Shown here: piece after piece, positions 1 to 9,252 of the stretch | Numbering within the stretch: position 1 is the first letter of the stretch | Layout of the letters: the number at the start of each line of letters is the position of its first letter | Assembly (NCBI GenBank): GCA_963805975.1 | Contig: CAWDVR010000002.1 | Location: forward strand, 832,001-896,000 | Reading direction: 5' to 3' | From: an uncultured Acidobacteriota bacterium | GTDB lineage: Bacteria > Acidobacteriota > Thermoanaerobaculia > Multivoradales > SZUA-115 | Length of the DNA stretch: 64,000 nucleotides | The notes under the pieces: model-generated | Databases searched by the model: none | What the model was told of the DNA's origin: nothing | The model's input: the letters and a program-made list of their open reading frames with translations, nothing else | Translations under genes and position numbers: made by a program

Positions 1-1274
<1,274 letters not shown>

Positions 1275-1407
1275 AGATGGTCTCAGAACGTGCCTCTAGA
1301 GCGGACTGTGGAGCGAGCAGGCCGGGCAGTCCGGCCGGAGCAGCAGAGGATAGCAAGGCCGGGGCGACAAAGGCGTCGGTCAAAGGCTCAGCCGGGCGGG
1401 GCCGCTT

Positions 1408-2538
1408 TCACTCCCGCCACTCCACCGCCGGCTCTTCCTCGAGCCGCACGCTCCAGACGGCACGATACAGGGCCGCCGGGGTCAGAGCGACGACGATTTC
1501 CTGGCGGACTTCGTCAGCGGCGGGCAGGCCGGCCGGCGTGGCCCAGGAGCGGCGAGGGGCGAGGAGGGCCGAGAGGGCGACGGGCTGCTCCGCGGCTTGC
1601 CGGCGCAGCTCGATGAAGACCAGGGCCGGGCTCGGCGCGACCCAGCGGTCCGCCAGCCGCCGGAAAGCCGCCCACAAGCCCATCTCCGGCACCTCGAGAC
1701 GGCCATCGCCGAGATCGGCGAAACCCTCGACCTCGGTGGGCGCGGAGGGCAGGGCGACCTCGAGGCGGGCCGGGAAGGGGTCGAGCACCAGCCGCGAAAG
1801 CTCGTCGATCGACATCTCCTCACCGCTCGGCACCTGGAGCACGTCCCACACCTGGAGCATGGCGTCTCCCAGCCGGTCGAGCTCCTCCTCTTCGGTGGCG
1901 TTGAGGGCCGGCAGGCTCCGCTTCTCCTCTTCGCTCAGCAGATCCTCGTAGATCTTCCCGAGGCAGGCGCGGTCGCGCTCGGGATGCTCGTCGAGGTAGG
2001 CGTAGAGGGCCGCGGCCTCGCGCAGGTAGACGGCGAGGCTCTCCGACCACCGGCCCAACGCCTCGTCCACCAGCCGCCGCTCGCGCCGCCCCGCACGGCT
2101 GGAGGAGCCGGGCGCGAGGGTTAGCTCCGCCAGGCCCTGCTCGGCGTCGATGCGGTAGCTGGCGGAAACGTCGGTGGAGCCGAAAAACCTCTGGAGGGCC
2201 TCCGGCTCGGTCACCATCGCCGCCCGGCGCACCGAACGGAGCCCGCCGAGGCGCTTCTCCCACCCGAAGCGCTCGGCCGCCGGCTGGAACGCGGCGAAGC
2301 GGGCAGACCAGGGGTCCGTGCCCTCGAGGAGAGCCCCTTCGGCCTCCGAGAGCCGCCGCTTCACCACCGCGTTGGTCTCGGCCTCGACCGCGGCGAGCTC
2401 CACCTCCGCCGTGAGGCGGAGGAAGCCGTTGGGTGCGAAGTCCAGGTAGAGGGTCTCGCGGATCGCCGGCTCGAAGCAGGAGGCGAGGAGCAGGGCCGAG
2501 GCGAGCGGGAGGAGGGCGCGGCGAGCGGATGTCAGCAT
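1408..2538 (-). CDS. Putative lipoprotein, unknown function
   Basis: ORF 1408..2586 trimmed to ATG 2538 (MLTSARRALLPLASALLLASC, lipobox LASC). TATCAT lies 6 nt upstream. GC3-rich coding pattern. Confidence 0.75.
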   Translation of the reverse strand: MLTSARRALLPLASALLLASCFEPAIRETLYLDFAPNGFLRLTAEVELAAVEAETNAVVKRRLSEAEGALLEGTDPWSARFAAFQPAAERFGWEKRLGGLRSVRRAAMVTEPEALQRFFGSTDVSASYRIDAEQGLAELTLAPGSSSRAGRRERRLVDEALGRWSESLAVYLREAAALYAYLDEHPERDRACLGKIYEDLLSEEEKRSLPALNATEEEELDRLGDAMLQVWDVLQVPSGEEMSIDELSRLVLDPFPARLEVALPSAPTEVEGFADLGDGRLEVPEMGLWAAFRRLADRWVAPSPALVFIELRRQAAEQPVALSALLAPRRSWATPAGLPAADEVRQEIVVALTPAALYRAVWSVRLEEEPAVEWRE

Positions 2539-2595
2539 TCTCGGATGATACGGCTGGCGGGCGGGCGCCGCGCCAGCCGTGGCCAACCGCTCAGC

Positions 2596-2913
2596 TCACT
2601 GCATCGCGCCGCAGTAACCACCGTCGTCCAGGGAGCCCCAACAGGCGTCACAACCGTCGAAACAGCAGCCAAGGTCACCGTCGTAGTAGTAGCAAACGCA
2701 CACGTTGCAGTTGCACCCGCCATAGCAGCCACCGGCTGACTGCGTCGCGAAGTTGAACTGCTGCTGCGCGCCAGGAGCGCTGGCGCTCCTGCCCGCACGC
2801 GACATGCTGATCTTCCCCGCCTGGCTCGCGGCATCGACGGCCGCCACGCCCAGGAACACCGCCAATACGAACGCCGACACCACTACCAACCAAGCCCGAT
2901 TACGACGCATCAT
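2596..2913 (-). CDS. Small secreted cysteine-rich peptide (signal peptide, linker, 10-Cys C-terminal domain)
   Basis: AAGGAG Shine-Dalgarno before ATG 2913. Sec-type signal MMRRNRAWLVVVSAFVLAVFLGVAAVDA. C-terminus CYGGCNCNVCVCYYYDGDLGCCFDGCDACWGSLDDGGYCGAMQ. Confidence 0.8.
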   Translation of the reverse strand: MMRRNRAWLVVVSAFVLAVFLGVAAVDAASQAGKISMSRAGRSASAPGAQQQFNFATQSAGGCYGGCNCNVCVCYYYDGDLGCCFDGCDACWGSLDDGGYCGAMQ

Positions 2914-2987
2914 TTCGGACTCCTTTTCTGCCTTAACAGGCATTAGGTTGGCAGGAGCATAGCTCTATTATCCTTGAAGCTCAATAG

Positions 2988-4421
2988 TCAAGGGTCGGCT
3001 CGTGGTGCCGAAACTCGGGCCAGGTCACCGCGGATGTCCCGCGCCAGCCGCTCGGCGGCGGGAGGATCTTCGTTGGCCAGCACGATCACGGTCCAGCCGG
3101 ACTTCCAGTCGCTTTCCAGCGCGGCGTTGAGGCCAGGCGCTCCCCCGGCAACACCGAGCCCGCCGCGGGTACGAAACGGCTCCACCACGCCCAGCTTCCC
3201 GGCCTCGAGCGCACGGGCGAGGCGCCGCAGGTCCTGCGCCGTGGAGTAGCCGCCGCCGGCCGAGGAGCCGCGGCCGGGCAGCGACAGCGCGTTGTCGCGG
3301 CGTGGGGCACGAGGCTCCTCCGGGCGTCTTTCGTTCAGGCGCTCGTCGAGCCGGGTGTAGCCGCGGGCTCGGTTCGGGACCACCTCGTCGGAGGCGAAGT
3401 GGCCGGTGCCGGTCATCCCGGCCGGCCGGTAGATGTGCTCTCGGACGTAGTCGAAGTAGCTCTGGCCGGAAAGCCGCTCGATCACGAGCCCCAGCACCAC
3501 GAACCCGGCGTTCGAGTAGCGGCGGTCGCTCCCCGGCTCGAAAGCCAGCGGCTGGTCGGCGAAGAGCTTCAGGTAGTCGGAGAGCTGGCGGATCTGGTGG
3601 CGGGGAGTGGCGTCGAAGCGGGGGCCGAAGAAGTCCCCCATGCCGGAGGTGTGGTCGAGCAGCCGCGCGATCGTCACCCGTCGCGCCACCTCCGGGTTGG
3701 GGTAGTCCGGCCAGTGGTGGGAGAGCGCGTCGTCGAGCGACAGCTTGCCCGCGGCGGCGAGCTGGCGGATCGCGATCTCGGTGAGCAGCTTGTTGATCGA
3801 GCCCAGGTTGAACCGGGTGTCGACGCGGTTGGGCACCTCGAGCGCACGGTCCGCGAAGCCCACCGCCTTCTCCACGAGAACCGTGTCGCCCTCTGCCACC
3901 AGCACCACGCCCGAGAACAGGTCGTCTTTGGCCAGCGCATCGACCCGGGCGCGGATGGCCGCGAGCGCCTGCTCGCGGGTCAGCGGTTCGGTCGCAACCA
4001 CCTCCGGCGGAGACTGGTCCGCCTCGACCCGTGTTCCCAGCACCCCGAAGGGAGGGTTCGGTTCGAGGTCGAGGTCGAACGTCATCCACAGCGGCTCGTC
4101 TTGCGACTGGAGGACCACCCGCGCCCCGCGCTCACCCAGCGGCTCGACTCTCACCAGGCTCGCCTTGCCCAGGTCGGAAGCGATGCGCGCGAAAGTCTTC
4201 GCTCGCTCTGCTGCCGGCCTCTCGGCCAGCGCCGAGGCGGCGTAGTGCTCGGTGAAGAACCGCTCTGCGGTAGCCGGCTGCACCCCGGCCACGAAGAGGT
4301 CCGCGAGAGCCCGGCCGTGCCGCAGGGCCGCCTCGGAAGCGGTTCCGGCCGCACCGCTCGCCGTGGCGAGGCCGGCCATCGCCAGCACGGCGAGCATCAA
4401 GATCCTGCGTTTGATCAGCAC
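2988..4421 (-). CDS. Secreted serine hydrolase, beta-lactamase/class C PBP family
   Basis: SxxK (FNLGSINK), YxN (RRYSNAGF), LLDHTSG and SSAGGGYSTAQDL motifs; signal peptide. Start placed at GTG 4421, uncertain. Confidence 0.88.
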   Translation of the reverse strand: MLIKRRILMLAVLAMAGLATASGAAGTASEAALRHGRALADLFVAGVQPATAERFFTEHYAASALAERPAAERAKTFARIASDLGKASLVRVEPLGERGARVVLQSQDEPLWMTFDLDLEPNPPFGVLGTRVEADQSPPEVVATEPLTREQALAAIRARVDALAKDDLFSGVVLVAEGDTVLVEKAVGFADRALEVPNRVDTRFNLGSINKLLTEIAIRQLAAAGKLSLDDALSHHWPDYPNPEVARRVTIARLLDHTSGMGDFFGPRFDATPRHQIRQLSDYLKLFADQPLAFEPGSDRRYSNAGFVVLGLVIERLSGQSYFDYVREHIYRPAGMTGTGHFASDEVVPNRARGYTRLDERLNERRPEEPRAPRRDNALSLPGRGSSAGGGYSTAQDLRRLARALEAGKLGVVEPFRTRGGLGVAGGAPGLNAALESDWKSGWTVIVLANEDPPAAERLARDIRGDLARVSAPRADP

Positions 4422-4475
4422 TTTGTTTGCCTTTCCCCGGCTCCCGTGGGTGGGGCCGGATCGCGGAGGCGGGTT

Positions 4476-4492
4476 AGCAAGGTAGCTGCCAA
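4476..4492 (-). promoter_or_regulatory. Putative sigma54 (-24/-12) promoter for the serine hydrolase gene
   Basis: Minus strand TTGGCAGCTACCTTGCT has GG-N10-GC spacing, about 55 nt upstream of the start. Confidence 0.5.
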
Positions 4493-4596
4493 GGTTGGCG
4501 AGCCTCGGCAACACGTTGGCCACGCCAACGGCCGGGCATGACTCTCCTCAATTCGGGAGGCGGTTCCTCAAAGAAGGAGCCTGCGCTCCTCGTCCG

Positions 4597-4625
4597 CTGT
4601 CGCACCTCCGTCACAGGTCTGCCGC
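4597..4625 (+). promoter_or_regulatory. Pho-box-like tandem repeats upstream of the porin
   Basis: CTGTCGC-ACCT-CCGTCAC-AGGT-CTGCCGC: three heptads at 11-bp period resembling the PhoB half-site CTGTCA(T/C). Confidence 0.65.
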
Positions 4626-4733
4626 GTAGACGCGGCCGGGCCAGCCTAGCCTCTGCCCGATCCCGCTGCTCCTTCGAGCGGCAGTCAACGCCGTTCAATT
4701 TCGGAACCCGCGATCCAAATAGAGGAGATCTGT

Positions 4734-6119
4734 ATGCGCAAACCAGCAGTGTTCGTCACCTGTCTTCGGGTCGCCATCTTCTGCGCCCTGGCCCTGGCGC
4801 TCGCCGCCTCGCCGGCCGCCCGGGCGCAGGTGGCCGGGCTCTATTACCAGGAGGTCGAAAAGGAAGGCCGCATCTACGTCTTCAACACTCCCGAGCGCTA
4901 CAAGAGCTGGAGCGACTCGGGCGAGCTGGGCACGGCCATCACCCTGGTCGGCCGCGGCGCCAAGGGCGAGACCGTGGTGGCGGAGAACGAGACCGCCGCC
5001 GACCTCTACCTCTTCAAGCACAACCTGCCCGGCTACGAGCGGCCGACCCCCAAGGCGGAGGCGCCCTTCGACAGCCGGGTCTTCTACCGGGACGGCCGCA
5101 CCAACATCGTGATGAAGGCCGGCACCGTGCAGATCAGCAACCGCGTACAGGCCCGCTTCACCCAGACCGACCCCGAGGTCGGCGACGAGGTGGGCTCGTT
5201 CCGCATCCGTCGCATGAAGACGACCATCGAGGGCAACGCCTACAACAACCTGTGGCGCTTCAAGCTGCAGGCCAACTGGGTGGGCGGCGACGTGGTGACC
5301 AACGTCACCCAGGCCGCCAACGGCGCCGTGGCCCAGTCGCGCAGCCGCGGCCCGATCCTCGAGGACGCCGAGCTCCAGTATGCGAAGAACCCGCTCGCCA
5401 CCCTCTGGGTCGGCCAGGGCAAGTCGTTCTTCGGCCGCCAGGAGCTCACCTCCTCGGGCCGCCAGCAGTTCGTGGACCGCTCGATCGCCTCCGACCGCTT
5501 CGCCGGCCTGCGCCAGATCGGCGTCGGCCTCCTCGGCTCCAACCAGGGCAAGACCTTCGAGTACAACCTGGGCATCTACAACGGCAACGGCATCAACACC
5601 ACGGCCAACGACAACGACGACTACCTCTATGCGGGCCGCCTGCTGTGGACGCCCTTCGGTGAGTACCGGCTCGAGGAGTCTTCCCTCGACTACCCGACCT
5701 CCCCCAAGCTCGCCCTGGGCGCCGGCATCTACCAGAACACCACCGGCACCGGTGCCTCGGAGACCGACGTCGATCGCATCGGCGCCGAGGTCGCCTTCAA
5801 GTACCTGGGCTTCAATGCCAACGGCGAGTACTTCACCGAGACCTCGCAGCGCCTGAACGCGGCCGAGGTGGACACCGACGGCTACTACCTCCAGCTCGGC
5901 TACCTCTTCCCCAACAAGAAGTTCGAGCTGGCCGGCCGGCTCTCCGAGATCGCGCCCGACACCGCCTCGCCCCAGGATCGCACCGAGACCGGCGTCGCGC
6001 TCTCCTGGTATTTCGACCGGCACAATCACAAGCTCCAGGGTGACTATCGTCAGGTCGAGGACGACGCCACCGGCCGCACGGACAACGAGATCCGCCTGCA
6101 GCTCCAGTTGATCTTCTAG
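4734..6119 (+). CDS. Outer-membrane porin, phosphate-selective OprO/OprP-like
   Basis: GAGGAG RBS, signal peptide, FRIRRMK...GQGKSFFGRQELTSSGRQQFVDRS porin O/P-type segments, alternating beta-strand pattern, C-terminal Phe (RLQLQLIF), upstream Pho-like boxes. Confidence 0.85.
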   Translation: MRKPAVFVTCLRVAIFCALALALAASPAARAQVAGLYYQEVEKEGRIYVFNTPERYKSWSDSGELGTAITLVGRGAKGETVVAENETAADLYLFKHNLPGYERPTPKAEAPFDSRVFYRDGRTNIVMKAGTVQISNRVQARFTQTDPEVGDEVGSFRIRRMKTTIEGNAYNNLWRFKLQANWVGGDVVTNVTQAANGAVAQSRSRGPILEDAELQYAKNPLATLWVGQGKSFFGRQELTSSGRQQFVDRSIASDRFAGLRQIGVGLLGSNQGKTFEYNLGIYNGNGINTTANDNDDYLYAGRLLWTPFGEYRLEESSLDYPTSPKLALGAGIYQNTTGTGASETDVDRIGAEVAFKYLGFNANGEYFTETSQRLNAAEVDTDGYYLQLGYLFPNKKFELAGRLSEIAPDTASPQDRTETGVALSWYFDRHNHKLQGDYRQVEDDATGRTDNEIRLQLQLIF

Positions 6120-6153
6120 CGCCGATTCCCTCTCTCCAGAAGGATCCATGCGA

Positions 6154-6179
6154 GGCCCCCGGCGACGGGGGCCGTTTTT
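6154..6179 (+). terminator. Rho-independent terminator of the porin gene
   Basis: GGCCCCCG-GCGA-CGGGGGCC stem with GNRA loop followed by GTTTTT. Confidence 0.85.
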
Positions 6180-6255
6180 CGTTGACACTGGGCCAGGCCA
6201 TAGCACTGCGTACACTGGGCGAGTCACCGACACCGCCCTGCTACCATCGCCGGGA

Positions 6256-7170
6256 ATGGGCAATCTCCTTCTGCTCGCAGTCTGCCTGGTCGCGGGAGTC
6301 TGCCTGCACGCGCTCCGCGTCGTGCCCGCCGACGGTCACCGGCCGCTCAACCAGTACGTGATCTACGTCGCGCTGCCGGCGCTGGTGCTGCAGCACGTGC
6401 ATGCGCTCGAGGTCGACCGCAGCCTGCTCCTCCCGGCGCTGATGCCGTGGCTGGTGTTCGCCGCCGGGACGGCGCTCTTCCTGCTGCTGCTGCGCGCCGG
6501 CGCGATCTCGCGGCCGACGGCCGGGGCGCTAATCCTGACCTCGGCACTCGGCAACACCTCCTTCGTCGGCCTGCCGATGATCGAAGCGTTCTACGGCAAG
6601 GATCTGTTGGGCGTGGGGGTGATCGCGGACCAGCTCGGCACCTTCATGTGCCTCAACGTGCCGGGCATCCTCCTCGCGGCGCGCCTCGCCGCACGGAGCG
6701 AAGAGGAGGCGCGTGCCGGTGCGATCGCCAGGAAGATCCTGCTCTTTCCACCGTTCCTGGCCCTGCTGGCCGCGCTCGCCCTCCGACCCGTGGACTACCC
6801 GCCCTGGGCGGGCTCCCTCCTTGGCCGGCTCGGAGACTCGCTGACCCCGGTGGCGCTCGTCTCGGTGGGCTTGCAGCTCCACCTGGGCGAGCTGCGGAGG
6901 CGGTGGCGAGACCTCTCGCTCGGCTTGGGCTACAAGCTCGCCGTGGCGCCGGCCCTGGCGCTGCTGGTCTTCGGGCTGCTCCTCGGCGCCCGCGGCCCCG
7001 TGTTCCAGGTCACGGTCTTCGAGGCCGCCATGGCGCCCATGCTCACCGGCTCGATCGTGGCCCAGGAGCACGACCTCGACCCGCCGCTCGCCGCTTTGAT
7101 GGTGGGCGTCGGCGTGCCGATCTCGTTCCTCACGCTCTGGGGCTGGGCAAAGCTCCTCGAGAGCTTCTGA
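6256..7170 (+). CDS. AEC (auxin efflux carrier/malate permease) family transporter
   Basis: Highly hydrophobic. Motifs LNQYVIYVALPAL, LGNTSFVGLPMIEAFYG, LTPVALVSVGLQL, FEAAMAPM. Start at ATG 6256. Confidence 0.88.
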   Translation: MGNLLLLAVCLVAGVCLHALRVVPADGHRPLNQYVIYVALPALVLQHVHALEVDRSLLLPALMPWLVFAAGTALFLLLLRAGAISRPTAGALILTSALGNTSFVGLPMIEAFYGKDLLGVGVIADQLGTFMCLNVPGILLAARLAARSEEEARAGAIARKILLFPPFLALLAALALRPVDYPPWAGSLLGRLGDSLTPVALVSVGLQLHLGELRRRWRDLSLGLGYKLAVAPALALLVFGLLLGARGPVFQVTVFEAAMAPMLTGSIVAQEHDLDPPLAALMVGVGVPISFLTLWGWAKLLESF

Positions 7171-7182
7171 GGCGGTGCTCTC

Positions 7183-8518
7183 CTACCCCACCGCCCCCTC
7201 CTGGCCGCGGGTCTCGACGCGGCGCAGGTAGGCCAGGAGCTCGGTGAGCATGGCGGCGGAGACAGCTTCGCGCCGCGCCGCCTCCTGAAAGAGGAGCAGT
7301 GCGGCGGTGGCCTCGCGGTGAACGTCCTGCGCCATGAAGATGGGCACCATCTCCTCGGCGAGCCGCTTCACTTCGGCGGTGCGGTCCTGGTGAACGTAGA
7401 GGAGAGCAAGGTCGAGGCCGGCTAGCGGCTGCGTCGAGCCCAACCCTTCGCGCAGGAAGCCTTGCCGAACCTGGGGAAGAGACTTCGGCCGTCGCCCGTC
7501 GCCGAGTTCCGTATGCGACCTTTGCCCAGCAGCCACTGGCGGCGGAGCTGGGTCCAGAGGTCGGCGAACCGGTGTAGAGGGAGCCGTTGCGCTCGAGACG
7601 TTCGCCAGCCTCCAGTAGCCGTCCCGATTCGGCCAAGTACATGGTGAGGTTGTGCTGCGCACAGAGATGGAGCTTGGGATTGACGCCTGGGTCGATGTGA
7701 GACAGCGCTGCCTCGACGGACGGGATCGCGCGAGCAGTCTCGCCGGCGTTGTACAAGACCCTGGCTCTTCTCGATCGAGCACCTTCGCGAGGCGCAGAGT
7801 GGAGCCGGATCCTCTCGTAGATGCCCTTCGCCATGTCGAGGTAGCCCTCGGCATCTACGAAGCGACGCTGGTCCACTCGCAGCGCGACCCGAACAATGTC
7901 CAGCAGCTCACCTTCGACCAGCGGGTCGGCATTACCTTCGCCGTCGAAGATCTCCAAGGCAAAGGCGAGCAGCGAATCCGCACGCTTCAGGTCTCCCGTG
8001 GCTCGGAGCGCATTGGCGCGATGGCCATGGGCCCGCGCCAGGCAGGTCATGGCCCAGGCGCGGCCGAACTCGGAGTGCGAGATGCGGAGCGCCACCTCGA
8101 AGGCGCACTCGGCGAGCTCGTAGGCCTCGAAAGGGTCTGCCGTGACCTTCCGGGCGCACTCGGTGAGGAAGAGGTCCACCAAGGCCGGGGTGCGGAAGCG
8201 GGTGAGAGCGCGGGTGATCTTGGGCCGGCGCTTCTCGGGCGGGAGCTTCATCAGCTCCTGGAGCTCGGCCGCGGCCTCCGCCTCGATCTCGCCCAGGCGC
8301 TCCACCCGGCGGCCGGCGAGCATGAGGGCGTGGTGGACGAGGCCGGTGGACGAGGAGGGTCCGCGGTACCTTCCTCCGACCCCGGCCGAGAGCTCGGCAC
8401 GGCACGCGTCACAGATCTGCAGATGGTGCTCGATCAGGTCTTCGAGGACGGCCCTGGGCGGGTTCTGGCCGCCGAGCAACGCCAGGTACTCCTGGTAGCC
8501 GAGGTGCGAGCGTGCCAT
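7183..8518 (-). CDS. Zinc-finger (HxxxCxxC) plus TPR-like helical repeat protein; frameshifted in this assembly
   Basis: N-terminal HHLQICDACRAEL (zf-HC2/anti-sigma-like) followed by TPR-like helices (ARAHGHRANALRATGDLKRADSLL). The C-terminus is in another frame (LDLALLYVHQDRTAEVKRLAEEMVPIFMAQDVHREATAALLLFQEAA). Several indels near 7420-7580 must be corrected to join the frames. GGAGG RBS. Confidence 0.8.
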
Positions 8519-8569
8519 GGACCTCCCCTGAGACCCGAGCCGAGTTGAGCGGAATCGCCACTTGTGTAG

Positions 8570-8606
8570 TTCGCGAGAGCCTATTCGCGAGCCGCTGCAA
8601 GATCAA
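8570..8606 (-). promoter_or_regulatory. Putative sigma70 promoter with flanking operator repeats for the Zn-finger/TPR gene
   Basis: Minus strand TTGATC-17nt-TAGGCT. Two TTCGCGAG copies (8570-8577, 8584-8591) flank the -10 element. Confidence 0.4.
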
Positions 8607-8706
8607 GAGGCCGGCACCAAAGTACCGGCGCCGGCCTCTCCACCGCGCAGAAGACATCCGTTCCAGGAATCAAGTTTCGGCCGATCTTCCCCGGCCATTG
8701 GCTCAC

Positions 8707-9030
8707 TCAGCCGTGCGGGTCCATCTCACAGCCTTCGTTGAGCCTGTCACCGGGAGGCGTAGCCGCGCGGCCGTTGGGGTCCATCTCCGGCCCGAAAGTG
8801 AGGAAGTCACCGGGAGGCGTCGCCGCGCTGCCGTTGGGGTCCATGTCCGGCCCATTCTTCGTGGCTGCGGGGAGCAGGCGCGCCTGAACCCACTGCACGA
8901 GATCTCCCAGCAGGCCGGAGATCACTCCTTCCGCGCCGATCCCCATCCCTCGTGGTGCCGCCAGGGCCGGGGAAGCCCCGGCAAGGAGAAGACCTCCGGC
9001 GAGAGCTACGCAAACCATAATGCGACGCAT
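8707..9030 (-). CDS. Small secreted peptide precursor with three G-x-[DE]-M-D-P-[NH]-G repeats (107 aa)
   Basis: AAAAGGAG RBS. Signal peptide MRRIMVCVALAGGLLLAGASPALA (AxA), amphipathic linker GLLGDLVQWVQARLL, then GPDMDPNG / GPEMDPNG / GCEMDPHG-stop. Confidence 0.85.
   Translation of the reverse strand: MRRIMVCVALAGGLLLAGASPALAAPRGMGIGAEGVISGLLGDLVQWVQARLLPAATKNGPDMDPNGSAATPPGDFLTFGPEMDPNGRAATPPGDRLNEGCEMDPHG
8710..8853. repeat. 60-bp tandem repeat (about 2.4 copies) encoding the 20-aa peptide units
   Basis: gccgtgcgggtccatctc (8710), gccgttggggtccatctc (8770), gccgttggggtccatgtc (8830); gtcaccgggaggcgt occurs at 8746 and 8806. Confidence 0.92.
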
Positions 9031-9252
9031 GGCACGCTCCTTTTTTTCGAGGCCGGCCCGCCGAACGGCACCATGCCGGTCGCGACCGCAACCTCTTTGA
9101 CGCAAAGATTGCCGTGCGCAGAGTGTAACCTTCAGACGTAACTTCATTCCTCCAACGGCGTCATAGGCCCGGAAATGTACTTTCTCCAGGGCTGAAGTTG
9201 CTGCCACGGGAGGGCGGGTTCCGCGAGGACGAAAAACTTGGAGTGGCCCGCT

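Noticed and set aside
4422-4733. Hairpin-rich intergenic region as a riboswitch
   Set aside because: No recognisable riboswitch consensus; the sigma54-like and Pho-like motifs account for the notable features.
8710-8853. 60-bp periodic repeat as a possible mini-CRISPR
   Set aside because: The period is a multiple of three within a signal-peptide ORF, the intervening parts are also similar, and no cas genes are present.
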